Of a stretch of DNA of 64,000 nt, positions 50,621-63,883 are shown piece after piece (the first letter of the stretch is position 1; each line of letters opens with the position of its first letter). The position numbers were made by a program, and so were the translations under genes. Origin of the DNA: Lingula anatina (taxonomy: Eukaryota > Animalia > Brachiopoda). The stretch lies in assembly GCA_051362555.1 (NCBI GenBank), contig CM120640.1, forward strand, positions 54,352,788 through 54,416,787, read 5' to 3'. A model generated the notes under the pieces. That model saw nothing but the letters and a program-made list of their open reading frames with translations, was not told the DNA's origin and ran no database searches.

Positions 50621-52785
50621 CGAGGAATCAAATCCGTTTTTTGATTAATATTCCCGTTTTCCAAGCTGTAAAAGCTGCATCCAGTGATTTTATTTGGATG
50701 TGATTTCCCGATCTCTAGCGTCCTTGTCAGCATTATCTGTTTTGATAAACACTGTGATATTGTATTAATCTATTTCTGTTACTTTATTAAACAAGTCCTA
50801 TGTGGTATTTAATCGAAGACTTAGAATAACTCATATTAGATTAATTGACTGGAATGTATCTCTCTCAGCTTGTTTTTATCTCCGGTGGTTTTTGATAACC
50901 AATATCAAGGCACTTACCGTACGTATAAAAAAGATACAATTTTTTTAAAAATAAAAGAATGATAAACAGTCATTAGATTTTCCCTACAATTGCCCTAAGA
51001 CGAAATGAATACTAGTTTTCTATCTCCATAGTTTTATTCGAAACGTGTTTTGAAATGCCGATGTAGCACATAAAGGATTATTATCAATTATAACCTCTGG
51101 ATTAAGAAATGCTTTTTAATCAATAGTACATTGTCCATTCAAACAGACTGCCTTTCAAGGGATCAGTTCCGTGTCGTTATCTTGATGAGGTAAATTGGAT
51201 GTCGACTTTCAATTCTTCATTTATGCAATTTTTCTGGTCATCCCTTGGCTTCATATTTTATCCCTTTTTAACTATTTCATTTTAACCTAAGTATTGTTCG
51301 ATATTATATGTAGAAGGCAGTACATAACTGCATGACCATGTTCTGCTCCGTGATCCCGAAGGTTTTTGAAACCTTGGAACACGATCTGTGTCACACGGAC
51401 TGCCTGGCATTAAAGGCAGTGGCATTGCCGCTTAGTGGCAGCACTGTTTAAACATACTGAAAGGTTGGATCTAATTGTGACCTTCTGTTTCTGTTACTTT
51501 TCAAATGTGGGAAATAGTGACAAAAACATTTCCCCACGGCTTCGGAGTCCCATTATCGATGTAACCACTATAATGGTTAAATGCTCTGAGTGGTCTGTCT
51601 TCAGAGATTATGCTTTGTAGATCATGGCTAAAAATTTTTCTATCCACGTTCATCTGTTATGTATGTAGTAAAGTGAACCTGAAAGTGCTAAATTACATTT
51701 TTGGTGTGTGGGTGGGGGGGTGGGGGTGGGGGGGTGGGTTCTTGGGCATTTTGGCAATACTGACATTTTAATGTTGTTCTAATATGAATGAAAGGAGAAA
51801 CAGTAGCGAGTGTGTCATAAACGAGCAAGATATTTCATTTTTCTTCTTGGGATCTCTTCACTTTGACGCAAATGCTATGCTTTCCTGCATATTAAAATAG
51901 ATTGCTTTCTGAGTTAAGGTTTGTGTTTGTGTTTGCAAGAATGGTATAACTGATGGTTAGATTGCTGGTTAAGGAAACTTTTCAAACATTGCTGTGTGCT
52001 AAGAAGTTGGGCGTCAATCAAGAAATAATAAAATGCAATTAACAAAGGTATCTTATAGAAAATAAACAAATATCAATTGCCATTTGTGAGTTAGCATACA
52101 TAGACCAAGGCTAAATGTTCTGTTCACTCTTCACTATACTTGAATACATAATTGTGTTCGAGATCAAACTAGCCAAATGACAATAATGAGGCCAAAGTAT
52201 TTTTACAATTTTACAATCGTCACTGAGTCCCCATTTTTGTCCGCTTAAAAAAGGGTAAACATTCTTTATTTAAATTTATTACTTTGGCTTCTCTTCCGCG
52301 ATTGAGATTTATATTTAATGACTAGGAAGAATTGTATAGTAGGGCCTACTACCGTGCTATAGTTACATCTCAATTTTTAATAGACATGTAAACTTTTGCC
52401 TGGCGTATACTAATGTACCCTAGTGTATATAAGCGAATTTAGCCTAACGTATACCTTCCACATCTTCATCACAGTTGTTCAAGATAGCCGTTTTGTACCA
52501 TCCAGTTGGCAGTTCAAAATTGTCAACAAAGCAGTGAAGCACCACAGATACGTTACTCATGCGCTCATCTACGGTACTCATACAGTCAGTATCACGTTAT
52601 GCATACGCTCGCCATACACCGACAACCGTTTGAGGAACGTACTGTTAGGTTAACATATATTTAGCGGTTCTTTGTATGCCTAGCGCATCTGAAGCTTAAG
52701 GGTTACTTATGCTCCTACACTGCTCTACGTTGAAAAACAATTGAACATGCCAAAACATTTATCCGCCTCTGCGTAAACGTACTTA

Positions 52786-52951
52786 GAGCGCATTCTCAAC
52801 GAATTAAGCCAGGCTTTACAAAGCCGGTGACCTAAAAATGGCGGACGTACATGAAAGAAAAACCGCCTAATCTTTTAATAGTCTCTCCGCCTCCCCACAC
52901 GTCGTCCCTGCGGCTTTGTAAAGCCTGGCTTAATTCGTTGAGAATGCGCTC
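52786..52951. mobile_element. Young MITE with perfect 41-bp TIRs and TTA target duplication (PIF/Harbinger)
   Basis: tta|gagcgcattctcaacgaattaagccaggctttacaaagccg...cggctttgtaaagcctggcttaattcgttgagaatgcgctc|tta. Confidence 0.92.
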
Positions 52952-53033
52952 TTATACGACGTAAGTTCAACGAACCTCTTGCATTTGTCTTCGTCTGAAT
53001 ATTTTTTCTCATACGTTAGAACGGTTAGTGCTA

Positions 53034-53169
53034 AAGGCACTGTCACACCTTGCGTATGGCCTCAACGTATGAGAAAAATTACCGATACTTACGCTATGTG
53101 TGACGGAGCCGTAAAAGCTATAGTGTGACAGTACCTTTAGTGACATACACTGTAGTGTGACAGCCCCTT
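53034..53169. mobile_element. Short AAGG..TGTCACAC-family MITE(s) with stacked right termini
   Basis: aaggcactgtcacac left end, then gtgtgacggagcc, gtgtgacagtacctt and gtgtgacagcccctt. Confidence 0.6.
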
Positions 53170-53357
53170 TGGGTGTGACTAATTTCATATGTCAATCTTA
53201 ACTAAAAACTTATTTTTGACAGATTGCTGTGACAAATCATTCTCAATCACTTTAGTTTATTGGGTGTCTTGAAATGCTCATATATCTACCAATATATCGA
53301 CAGGAAGCATCAAGAATTTTAACTGAAGTTGCATTGACTGCCTTAATTCTTCCAAAA

Positions 53358-53600
53358 TATGAACCCGCACCTTTGGGACATGTCGGGAGACATGTTATCA
53401 CACCTGTCCGTCAGTCATTACGTCCATCCGTCCGTCCGAGCGTTTGTAATTCCCGCTATCTTGTCCTACACCAAAAGAGTGAGTAAGTTGAAACTTTGAG
53501 AATTGGTAGACCTAGCATCATCGGAACTTCGGAGTTTTGGTGTGCCAAAGATTCAGCTTTCCTGGGATGTATGATTGTATTGTTTTCATCGATATTTTTA
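53358..53600 (+). mobile_element. Helentron-associated (HINE/DINE-1-like) element remnant
   Basis: cccgc...cggg short IR, then atcacacctgtccgtc and a (GTCC)n tract, then ttgaaactt; typical HINE head. Confidence 0.5.
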
Positions 53601-54099
53601 ATATCATGCTGTAATGATGAAGTTTATTTCCAATTATTATCATTTTTTCTAATTTACTTAGTGAACAATAAAACACTGTGCTACGCATGAAATGACATTA
53701 TATCTAATGGCACTTTCACAAACATAAGCCATCCAAACCACAATGGAAAAGATATTTTCTAATTTTGGGGCACTTTACAGTAAATGCGTGTGTAAGTACA
53801 TACATGCAATCGCAAATAAAAACCTCCATGCATGCAACTGATTTGCAAACATCGGGCGTCAATGATTTGACATTCTCATTCACAACAAATTTCACGAAAG
53901 ATGGAACATAACCATTTTAAAAGCAGGTGAGATGAATAAAGTTGCATGCACATTTTAAAGCAACTTTAGATATAGTTTTACCACTTAAGAAAAATTATTT
54001 GTATACTAGTACATTCTCTTGTCTTTTTAATGCTGTTCTTGTGCTCATCAAATACACTTAAACATATTTAATCCGTGATGTTCATGCTATATCGAATTT

Positions 54100-54790
54100 G
54101 AAAAGTTGCATGCAAGCGGTCGGTTTTGCAGTGCGTAAAATGAGGTCACACCCAATGGATCAAAATGTTACCATCAGGATACAAGACTCACTGTCTTTCC
54201 TGATATGCTAGACAAAAACCACCCAGTCCGTTCAGAATGAGGGCAAATTTCCACTAAAACGCGTTTTTTCAAGGCCCTTAGTGGACACCAAACTGGTTTT
54301 AGCAGGTTAGAATACCACATGACCTCTGAGGAAGTCATTGTAAACAGCAAAACAGCGTCGTCTCTTTGTCTAATGAATTGAGGACCATGATCGTTTCTGG
54401 GTAGAACACTGAAACCGCTTAACTTTCTTTATTGAGGTCAGATTTCACCTGTACCGCTAAACTAGTCAAAACAGAGTTTACAGATATCCTGAAGAGGTCT
54501 ACATGTACGACGAAGCGAGTGACGCGTCTAAAGTGACTAGGGTCATAGACAGCGTCAGTATTTGGAGTGGATACCACATTGGTGCCATGGTAGTCATCAA
54601 TGAAAATCTGAACCAGATCAAATAAAGAAAGATCTGGGAGTCACTGGACTATCATTTGATAGGGGGCACCTTAGGAACAATTACAGGTTGCATGATGAGA
54701 TTGTCGGTTCACACAGAGCACTTTTAATAGCAGATAACTTGCAGAACCAAGGGAATGTGCAGCTACCTTAGTCATAAATACCCTGGTACT
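54100..54790 (+). pseudogene. Tc1-like transposase remnant (old)
   Basis: FFIEVRFHLYR*TSQNRVYRYPEE, SVSIWSG, VVINENLN and LHDEIVGSHRALLIADNL correspond to DESRF, MVWG, LV..G.LN and QDDNA.PHRA. Confidence 0.6.
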
Positions 54791-54976
54791 GTAGCTATAT
54801 GTAGTTTTGCAGGACATATAGATATAAAAAAAATATTACTTTTACACATTTTGAACACGGAGTTTACATTTTTTTACTAAATGTTTTCTTGTTAAGCATT
54901 TCAGAAGACCAAGGGGCATGCTGGTGATCACCCTTACTCATTGTTTATATTTCTACAACGCACGGAAACTTATTAA

Positions 54977-56340
54977 GGTAGATCGGTCGTTACGTAATTT
55001 GACGATTTGCGCAATTTCAGCGCATCGTCAATCGTCTCTAACGACACTTTGGTCTGTTTTATCAATTTGAGGGAATAAAACAGTTATCTATAAGATAAAC
55101 ACACATTATCAACTTGTATGTAACTCTGTATGATCGATACAGATTTTCAACAACGTTTGTCGACTATGATTCTATACGACAACTGTAGCACGTTCATAGA
55201 CTTGCCCTTCAAGAAATCGTCGGAATAGCTCCATCTCCAATTTGATTTGGCACTAGAAAATGTATGACAGCTAAAGCTCACAAATTATGCAGTAGGTGCT
55301 ATATCATGTAAAGAATAAGTGTTGTAAATTCCAATCAAAGCGGCTGCGTACATTTTGAGGTAGAACGCCCTGAATGTGCTGCATACCGTAGCTTAGATTT
55401 CGACGAAAACCGGAAGTGCGTCGTAACGCCACTCATTTGGACTTAGAGAAATTTGGGCTGAGGAATATTTCGTAGCTTATACAAATGTTCAGAAAATGGC
55501 CATACAGCTTGAAGAAAATTCACTAATCAAAATTGAAACTGCGTTATATTATACAGAAAAATTGTGCACTTCTGACCTTGACTTGTCAGTGTAAACAAAG
55601 TGTACTGAACGCACCGCAAGCAAGCACGTGAATGCCGCATTTGATACTTTGTATCAGACGCTTCATTTTACTTGACAACACAGTGTTTACGATGTCACGT
55701 TCATGTTATAACAGCGACAACAATAAACTATTTTCATATGCATGAGTATTTCCCTTATTACTCTCTTCAATAATTTTGTTGTAAAGTTAATGGCTTACAC
55801 CTCATCAGTATGACAAATCTGAAAATAGCTGAGTATACTCACTTTAACTGTTAAACATAATGAAATTTTTAAATGTACTTAGATGTCTCTCCACACACAC
55901 ACAAAACAAGAAATCATAAAAAATAATGCTTTAGTGAAAAAACACCCATTTTCCCATTGATTTGAATGGGGATTAGTGCGTCACGCAGGGTGTAATGCGC
56001 TTCAACTTGGCGTAGTTCTCTTATTTGGTCGGTGACCCCCAATTTTTTTTGCAAAATTTAAATGTACTTGGAAGCTTCTTTACACAAAAAGTTTTTTTAA
56101 AAAATTCAAACGTCAGAAAGTCATAAAAAATAATGCTTTAGTGAAAAAATACCCATTTTCCCATTGATTTGAATGGGGACTAGTGCGATATGCAGGGTGT
56201 AACATATCTGGGCGTAGTTCTCTTATTTGGTCGGTGACCCCCAATTTTTTTTGCAAATTTTTAATGTACTTGGGTGTCTCTTCAAACAAAAAAATTTTTT
56301 TAAAAATTCGAACGTTGGAACATGTAACGACCGATCTACC
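54977..56340. mobile_element. Kolobok-like non-autonomous DNA transposon (TTAA TSD)
   Basis: ttaa|ggtagatcggtcgttac...gtaacgaccgatctacc|ttaa, perfect 17-bp TIR with GG start (unlike piggyBac CCC). Internal ~207-bp tandem duplication. Confidence 0.85.
55865..56315. repeat. ~207-bp tandem duplication inside the Kolobok-like element
   Basis: tcataaaaaataatgctttagtgaaaaaa...ttcccattgatttgaatgggga at ~55915 and ~56122. Confidence 0.9.
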
Positions 56341-58261
56341 TTAAGTACCAGTAGAGTTCACATCTAGTAAACCAACGGCCAATCATACACCTACAGGATT
56401 GATAAAAATGCCATAGCAAATTCACGGATTCGGGGCAATTCAATATATCTACTGCTTCGTCTTGTTGATCCGTTTAACCATTTGTGATAAGGAAGTCAGC
56501 CTTTTTCTTTTTTTTTTTCTGAACACTGGATTGCTAATCACAACTGTCGTCTAAAAACATGAGCAACTCACCAACTCGGTCATTATCAGACTAATGGCTT
56601 TAAGGTTTCTGTCTCGGTTATTGATTAGGCCTTCTATACGTCGTATTCTGTTATATTGCGCTGTTTCGTAACGTCTCTAGCAATATGTACTTCTATCTAG
56701 AGCGTGTTTTGAAAGCACCGTTATAGAGAACATTTTGAAGAGTTTTAAAAGAAAAAAGAATTATAATGACAGTAATTGATAGACAGAGTCTGTCTGACAT
56801 GAGCAGGTTGTGTGAAGCTTAATATTTGCATATTCATGATAAAGTTAATCAATTTTGGAGTCCACAAAGATTATTTTCATTGTTTAAAAAAAAAACAAAC
56901 TTAACAATCAATTTAACGGAACAAATTATTTTAGGATGCTAGAAAGTAAAAAACAAACTGATGATAATTGTCAGACTCATCGTCCCACCTCTTCACCTAT
57001 ATATATCCGATCTCATTAAACAGGTTCAAGCAAAGGACAGCATCTTGTTCCAATTAGTAAAGGTATCGGTCATAATAGAGTTCCATCTCTTTCAATAACC
57101 CTATTAACCAAAGTGAGCTGTCGCTTTGGGAATGTGGGTAACTATACTGTAACTTGTGACCAGAAAGCTCTAACGTTTGTTTCGGGCAAAAAAGTAATTC
57201 GTCTGGGGAACTTAAGTGTGAAATTTTTTTCTTTAGACAAAGGTCAGCCTATTGCGCTGAAAACATCAAACTTTACAGTTTTAGAGTTGGGTGTCTGTTG
57301 AATTTTCAGATTTATTTGGTATTAATTTTCAATCAGTATTAAATTGTAATCGATTTATAAATGCTAGTTATACATGTAGCCATATGGCTTAAAGCATAAA
57401 AAAACATTGCTAACTTAATATCCGGTGATTTGTCATGAATATGTCCATGATGTCACAGAATATTGTTTGAAGCCTCAGGATGTGTTCAGGACTTCCTGAA
57501 GAGATAAAAAATGTTTAGTTTTGACATTTTGAAGAAGACGTTTGATTGCAACTATTGCAACTATAATTCTCTCTATAACCTGTGACTTCTGCAAACAGTT
57601 GGCAGATTGAGATTTTTTTTAGGATTACAATACATATACATTCCTCAGTGTGACCCTGACGCTATTATTGTCATTTATTACCTTAAAAAAGCCTCGACTG
57701 TGGCTTCAGCGAGTCTGTATATTTCAACATGTAAATGACGCGTAGGGACAAGAAGAAGCATCCCGCGTAGGCTAGAACTAGACAAAGAAGAGCCAATTGA
57801 TTGTCTATCGATATAAGTAAACTAAAGCCTTTATTAAAACCTCTCTTTTCTATCTTCACTCCCACGTGCTGATAAACATTTAACTGCTTCCTTTGACAAA
57901 TGACAGGCGACAGTGTCAGACAACAAATAGTCAAGTCACTTATAGTTAATTTGGTCCTCTGGTGACACAGTAACAAAAGCGGCTGTGGGCGGAAAAGATA
58001 TCGTTTTAAATAGCATACCACTGAGAAATACCGGTGCCAAACGGCATCGTTTCATATTTTCCGAAAAATGATATTTGAACGGATATTTTCTGCTTTCTTT
58101 CTGTGCTATTAATATGGCCCTGTGACATCTGAATAAGTATGCAATTACGCGCGCATCCATACATGGGAGTGACAGTGATGATTATGCGGACCTTTATAAA
58201 CTGGAGGGACAAAGAAAAAGGTCAATTTTCCACCAACATTTTGAAGAAGATGCAGCCCTAA

Positions 58262-58317
<56 letters not shown>

Positions 58318-59148
58318 AACAACAGATTAATTTGGTTTATGACTTGGCATGTCGACTTTATTTTAATCGTATCAGAAACTAGTTGAAGTGGTTTATATGC
58401 GTTACTGGAAATCTCAATCTAAATTTTTTTTTTTAAATAAAAGAAAGTATTTTTGAAAGACGTATTTATTTGTTTTTTTTTCTATTACAATTATGAGTGC
58501 TCGTTTCCGAGAGATGACAGCGAATCAGGATTAAAGAGATCCATAACAACCAGGCATATAATGGAAACAAGCAATATGCTTGTATACACGTACAGTGTAT
58601 ATGTATTTAGCCATCCAATGTGCTGGTATATATTTATCTTATTTATAAGTTGCCAGATTATTTAATAATAATATACATTTTTTAAATGTGTTCTTCGCGC
58701 ATTTATCAAAAGGGTTTTAATCGAGATTTTTCATTTAAACGTGTATGTTGCAAATTATATGGTAGCAAGTCATACTTTCAGAAAAATGATAACAAAAAGC
58801 ATCGTCTTCCGATTCATCAAAAAATTGGACCATTCGATCATGCTGTGTTGAAAGAAAACCTGAAGAGTACAGTGATTAATTCCTGAGTAAAGATTTATGT
58901 TTGTGGAAAATATCCATGCAAGTGGGAGAATTGATAACGTGACTTTCACATTAGCTGATGGTAGCAACCACTATCTGCGAAAGATAATCTTAGTGGCAGA
59001 AAAGGGTCACTGGCAGCCAAGACATTATACATTGTACATTGCATCTACCTCAACGCCGTTTATCAGGTATCTCTTTTTGAAGAAAACCCAAAAGTGCGTT
59101 GAGTACTGAGTACATGTGCGTTGAGTACATGTTGGTAAGAGAATCCTG

Positions 59149-59302
59149 GGCTCCGTATCTTGAAAGATTCGCTATGTTGCGCACGTGCGCACGTGCACAA
59201 GCGTCTCGATCTCATGGCCCCGTATCTCGAAATAGAATCGGTCATGGAATCGAGACACTTGCGCACGTGCGCAACATAGCGAACCTTTCGAGATACGGAG
59301 CC
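59149..59302. mobile_element. Fold-back MITE with CWG flanks (Harbinger-type)
   Basis: ctg|ggctccgtatcttgaaagattcgctatgttgcgcacgtgc...gcacgtgcgcaacatagcgaacctttcgagatacggagcc|cag. Confidence 0.85.
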
Positions 59303-59851
59303 CAGACTTTTTGTGTCTTTTACCAGAACACACAAGGCACTCAAAATGATGTGCATGGAGTATGTAAGAGTATGAGTTTTGGTTTTCTTTGTCCCAAATG
59401 TGTCATTAAATATGACCCCGGCACTGTGCTATATTGAGTGCACCAAATTCAATGAGCACTTAGCCGCCCGATACACACGAAAATCGCTGCCGCACTTCAC
59501 TCGCTACTCTGCCATTATTTATGACCCCATTCTCTTCCAAACCTCTTTAAAGTTCGTTTAATTGCAGCCTAAGTCGACGTCAGCTCTGATGTTCTTCATT
59601 TTCGTTAATGGTGATCATTTAAACAAATCATCTTTCAACAATCATTAACGAGGTACTATACTGGTACAATACTGTACAACATGTGCATTTTCTATAGTGC
59701 CGGTATCTCACGGAAAATAATAGACAAGCACTAATTGTATTATCAAGAAATAAAACCTTTTGGATGGGCACAATTTACGGATCGTCTCCGGGTATTGGAA
59801 TCAACACTTTTTACCAATGAGGGTACAGATCATTAGTCTTATGAGTTTCAG

Positions 59852-60165
59852 TTGTGGTGTAACAGCATGTGGTGATAGTTATGTCATTTTCAGTACTAAA
59901 GCAGAGAGCGCTAGGATCTAACGGCACTTCTGATAAGATTAAAGGGAAGGCCTAAGAGCATAACTCTCTTGCTTCAAAACGAGAGGAATGGTTTTTGCTA
60001 ACATATATGCTGTACATGTATATTTTATCTTAAATCAATCGAAGCTTGAAATAGGTATAGGGCGATTGACATTGTCCATGGGATATTGAAGCTGTGAATA
60101 CATGCACTTGCTATTGTGGTGAAACAGCATGTGGTGATAGTTATGTCATTTTCAGGACTAAAGCA
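59852..60165. repeat. 52-bp direct repeat pair 262 bp apart
   Basis: ttgtggtg.aacagcatgtggtgatagttatgtcattttcag.actaaagca at 59852 and 60114. Confidence 0.9.
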
Positions 60166-61264
60166 TACGGTATATGATACCCGTCACACATGCCGAAGCT
60201 TTACGGAAATTGCCGAAGGCTACAAAAATGCCTTCAAAGTATACTTTTAACAGTTATCATCAAATTCAAACAATGACCACTATCTTCCCACTGCCCTAAG
60301 ATATTGCTAGCACCACAGTAGTCAACAGATCTTTGTAGTTTGGGAGAAGACGTGAAACGGAGACTTCGGGGATCTGCTATGATAATATAGATTAACTCTC
60401 GCGCTACTCTATTTTTCACGTATCATTGGAATGGCACTTAAGATTGCTTGGGTGTTTTTTAAAGGTGTATTGTTAGGTGGTGACAGTTACTCGTAGGTAC
60501 GGATTTCCAAAAAAACTTATCATACCACTCAGAAAGTTCATGACTGAATTGTATTAGCGAAGAACGATTGTTTGTTAATGGAGAAGGCTGAGGCAAAGCT
60601 CATACATATTTTGATTCACTGCTCGTTATGATGTGCATTGCGATCTTGATTGCACACTTTAAAGGAGTGTGGACGCAGTAGTACATGTACAAGTACATTC
60701 CTTTAAATAATGGCTTGTTATTTACTTCCTGGCATGTCGGTGTTAGTGCACTGTTTGGTTGTGCGCCGCGTCACAATGAGATGGGTTACAGTGTTACCGG
60801 TAGTAAGCATCCGGTTTTCAAAAGAATATTTTCAAAAGGCTATAACGGTTTATGTTGTGATGATCTATTTATAAGACCTTTATGAGTACGACTGAGTCTT
60901 ATCTGCTCCAACAGGTGTACTTTTATCATTGAACTAGTAATACCGAGTTGCGCTATTTAAACAAATTTAGCATATAGGCAGTCTCGTTTTTTCAACGTCT
61001 CGTTTTAACTACATCATTTTTCGTGGTGTCTTATGTTATAAGACTTAGTAAAACATTAAAGAAGGTCATGGAGTTGACATCATAATGAAAACTTGAAAAT
61101 AATAGCGTCGGTGCTTAGGGCACAATTTATGCATATTAAAGTTTTATTGGCATCGAAGAAAATACCCTAATTTAACCCATTTATTAGAAAGTACAACGCT
61201 TCCACATTGAACTACAGTAATTCTCAAAAACTGATGAGCAGTTTTTCAATAATAAGGGATATTT

Positions 61265-61620
61265 CCACCATGGTGGTCAACCACAAGTAAACATCGTCGG
61301 GGCATGGTTCGCCCGTTCTCTCTGTAGACTCCTCTCCACAACTCTAACTTGTCCTGAACCGGTGGGTTGCGGATGTTTATCCTGCACCAGATTCTATTTC
61401 ATCATCATCATTAAACGCAAAAACGAGATTCATCCGTCTAAATGATCCGTCTCCAGCATCTGATGCTATGGCTTCTTTGGCACATAGCCTATTGGTGACG
61501 AACCCTGTTATGTTTGGCTGCCAGATTGTTTGTGCACAGAACGGCGGTATCCCTCAGACGTTACCCGACAATTCTGAGGGGAACCTGGCGTTGTACTGTC
61601 ATCTGGCCAAATTCTCTGAC
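61265..61620 (-). pseudogene. Tc1-like transposase remnant
   Basis: Minus-strand translation WRRII*TDESRF (first catalytic Asp motif). Confidence 0.6.
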
Positions 61621-63883
61621 TCGTAATGTTTGTTACAAAATTCACAGTTATGTTGAACATTACATAAGCCGGCTATTCAGCAATTGAGCGTTAGCTATCT
61701 TTGTGCTGTTATTACTAAGGTTGTTAGGGTAGTTAATGCATTACTAAAAAAAATGGTAATTACACGAGTAGACATTGGCACAATTGTGTTGTGTATTAAG
61801 CAGACTGAAATAAAAAGGAAACAAAAACAATTTTTCTGTCTTAATGTTATACCACGGTTCTCATGGGACCTTAGATGTGGTTAAGGTGATGGATTGCACC
61901 GATAATTGTTAGTGCAAACAGACGCTAAATGGTCGTTTTATGGATTGTCTGATCAAACCGTCTTAAAGTATTTTTACCCAGATACTGTTATCCTGTTTTT
62001 CTACTCCTACTCATTGTTTGAGTCGACCCGTACCGCCTTACATTGAATCTCTGATACTGAATACACGTTCATATCTGTGGAAAGCAATACACGTAATGCT
62101 ACACCAAGCTAATTTGTTGAGTGAGAGGGAAATGCCAAGAAGGGAGGAGATATGTAAAATTTCTTGTTTACGTGACGACGCTCGTGAAATATAAATCACA
62201 GCAACAGCTCTGTTTTTCATGGGAATACGTTCGCCTAAAAGGTATGCTTTATGGTACATGCGATAACATTCTCATTCAAAGGAATCATGAGTAGATGGGG
62301 CATTTGTATAGTAATGCCAATGATCAATGTATTAAGAGCTTTCATAAAAATGCATGCTATAAAGACGCTCCACCGACTATCGTAATATCCGTCACACACA
62401 AAACAATTATGGTCCATGGTTTCTATAGCAACAAATTGCTTCTACCTCCGAGCAACCGGTGTTCTTGCAGAAAAAAGCCAAATAAATTTTCATAAGCAAA
62501 ATAGCGAAAATTTATTCGAATTGTCAATATCAAAACAGAAAGTTATTTCCAATCCAAGTTTACTTAAAAGTACGAACACTGTTAATGTTTAGCGTTGTGC
62601 CTGTACAGTTGTACATTCAAGTCAGAAAAAGTTATCTCCAATCCAAGTTTACGCAGTAACTGTTTAGCATCGTACACGCATGGAAAGTTTTGATATCAGT
62701 TACCTACGGTAATTGCAGCAGTTTTCAGGTTGATGAGTCGGGTGTTAATCTGCTCACAACGATAAAGGGAAATTAGTTGCCTGTAGCGATATCTACAGCA
62801 TATCGATACTAGTACAGTGTATAATATTGGCATAAAATACTGCAAAAAGAAATATATTCACGTGAAATGAAAGACTTTTGGCAAACATTTCCCTTCACAT
62901 ATGTACCGCATTTGTTCGGTGAGGTCACTTAAGTTTACCAAATACGGGGTTAATTACAGAATAGAATCCTTACAAGTTATGGCTGCAATTCATGGTTTTA
63001 TTTCAACATATGACGGGCATGTTTATTTAATTTATTCAGGTGTTCCTTCGGTGCTGTCACCTCGTTTGTGCATTCGTGCAAAATGTTTTATATTTTTAAC
63101 AAGTGCCTCAAATAATGAATGTTTTTATTGAAAAGAAGAGATCTGTAAATTTTAATGAAAACGTGTCTGTTATTGTTATTTCTGTACTTATTCAGGTATG
63201 TTGACCGGGCAATAAACAGTACGTACATCTACAATAACACAAGTTTTAAAATATTTTTTAAAAGGGTTTTGAATTACACTGTTTTCCATCAACATTTCTT
63301 CCAGAAAAATCTTTCTCGCCTATATAAAGCTACAATCCGTTCCGTGGGTATTGTTTTAAGCTTAAGATCCATGCCAGGCTTTCTACGTCTTCACATCAGT
63401 ACTTAAAAAATTTTCTTTTAACTAGTCATTTTTACAAACCTTGGTTACAAAATTAAGGGCCAGCAAATCGCTGCAAAGACAATGTACAACTGACCGTTAA
63501 TCATGTGTAATAACAAAATTGGGTTGACAAGTGAACGACAATGTTTTTGATTTAATCGTTTTGAAAACATTCTGACAAACCGTTTTGGGCATTTATTCCA
63601 TCGTTGTCTTCATTGAACCAAAATATGGTTGTCATTAATATACTTTCACGTATCTTTGCACTTTTGTTTTAATGCATTGTAGAATCGCTTTGAACACATC
63701 GACGTCGTAGGATAATCGATACATCGGGACCGATAACGGATTCTAATTTTGGTTACATACTAGATACTTTTTCCCATTTATTACAATAGTGCCCTTTTGT
63801 GCTACTCTCTGATTGCTTTTGTCCTATATTTAGCTATTTCATAACATGCATACCCTGCTGCTAACGTCATCTTTCCCATTCTT

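Noticed and set aside
50097-50648. 183-aa ORF, the longest in the track
   Set aside because: Runs through (TTTA)n, (GT)n and (GTAT)n microsatellites; not protein-like.
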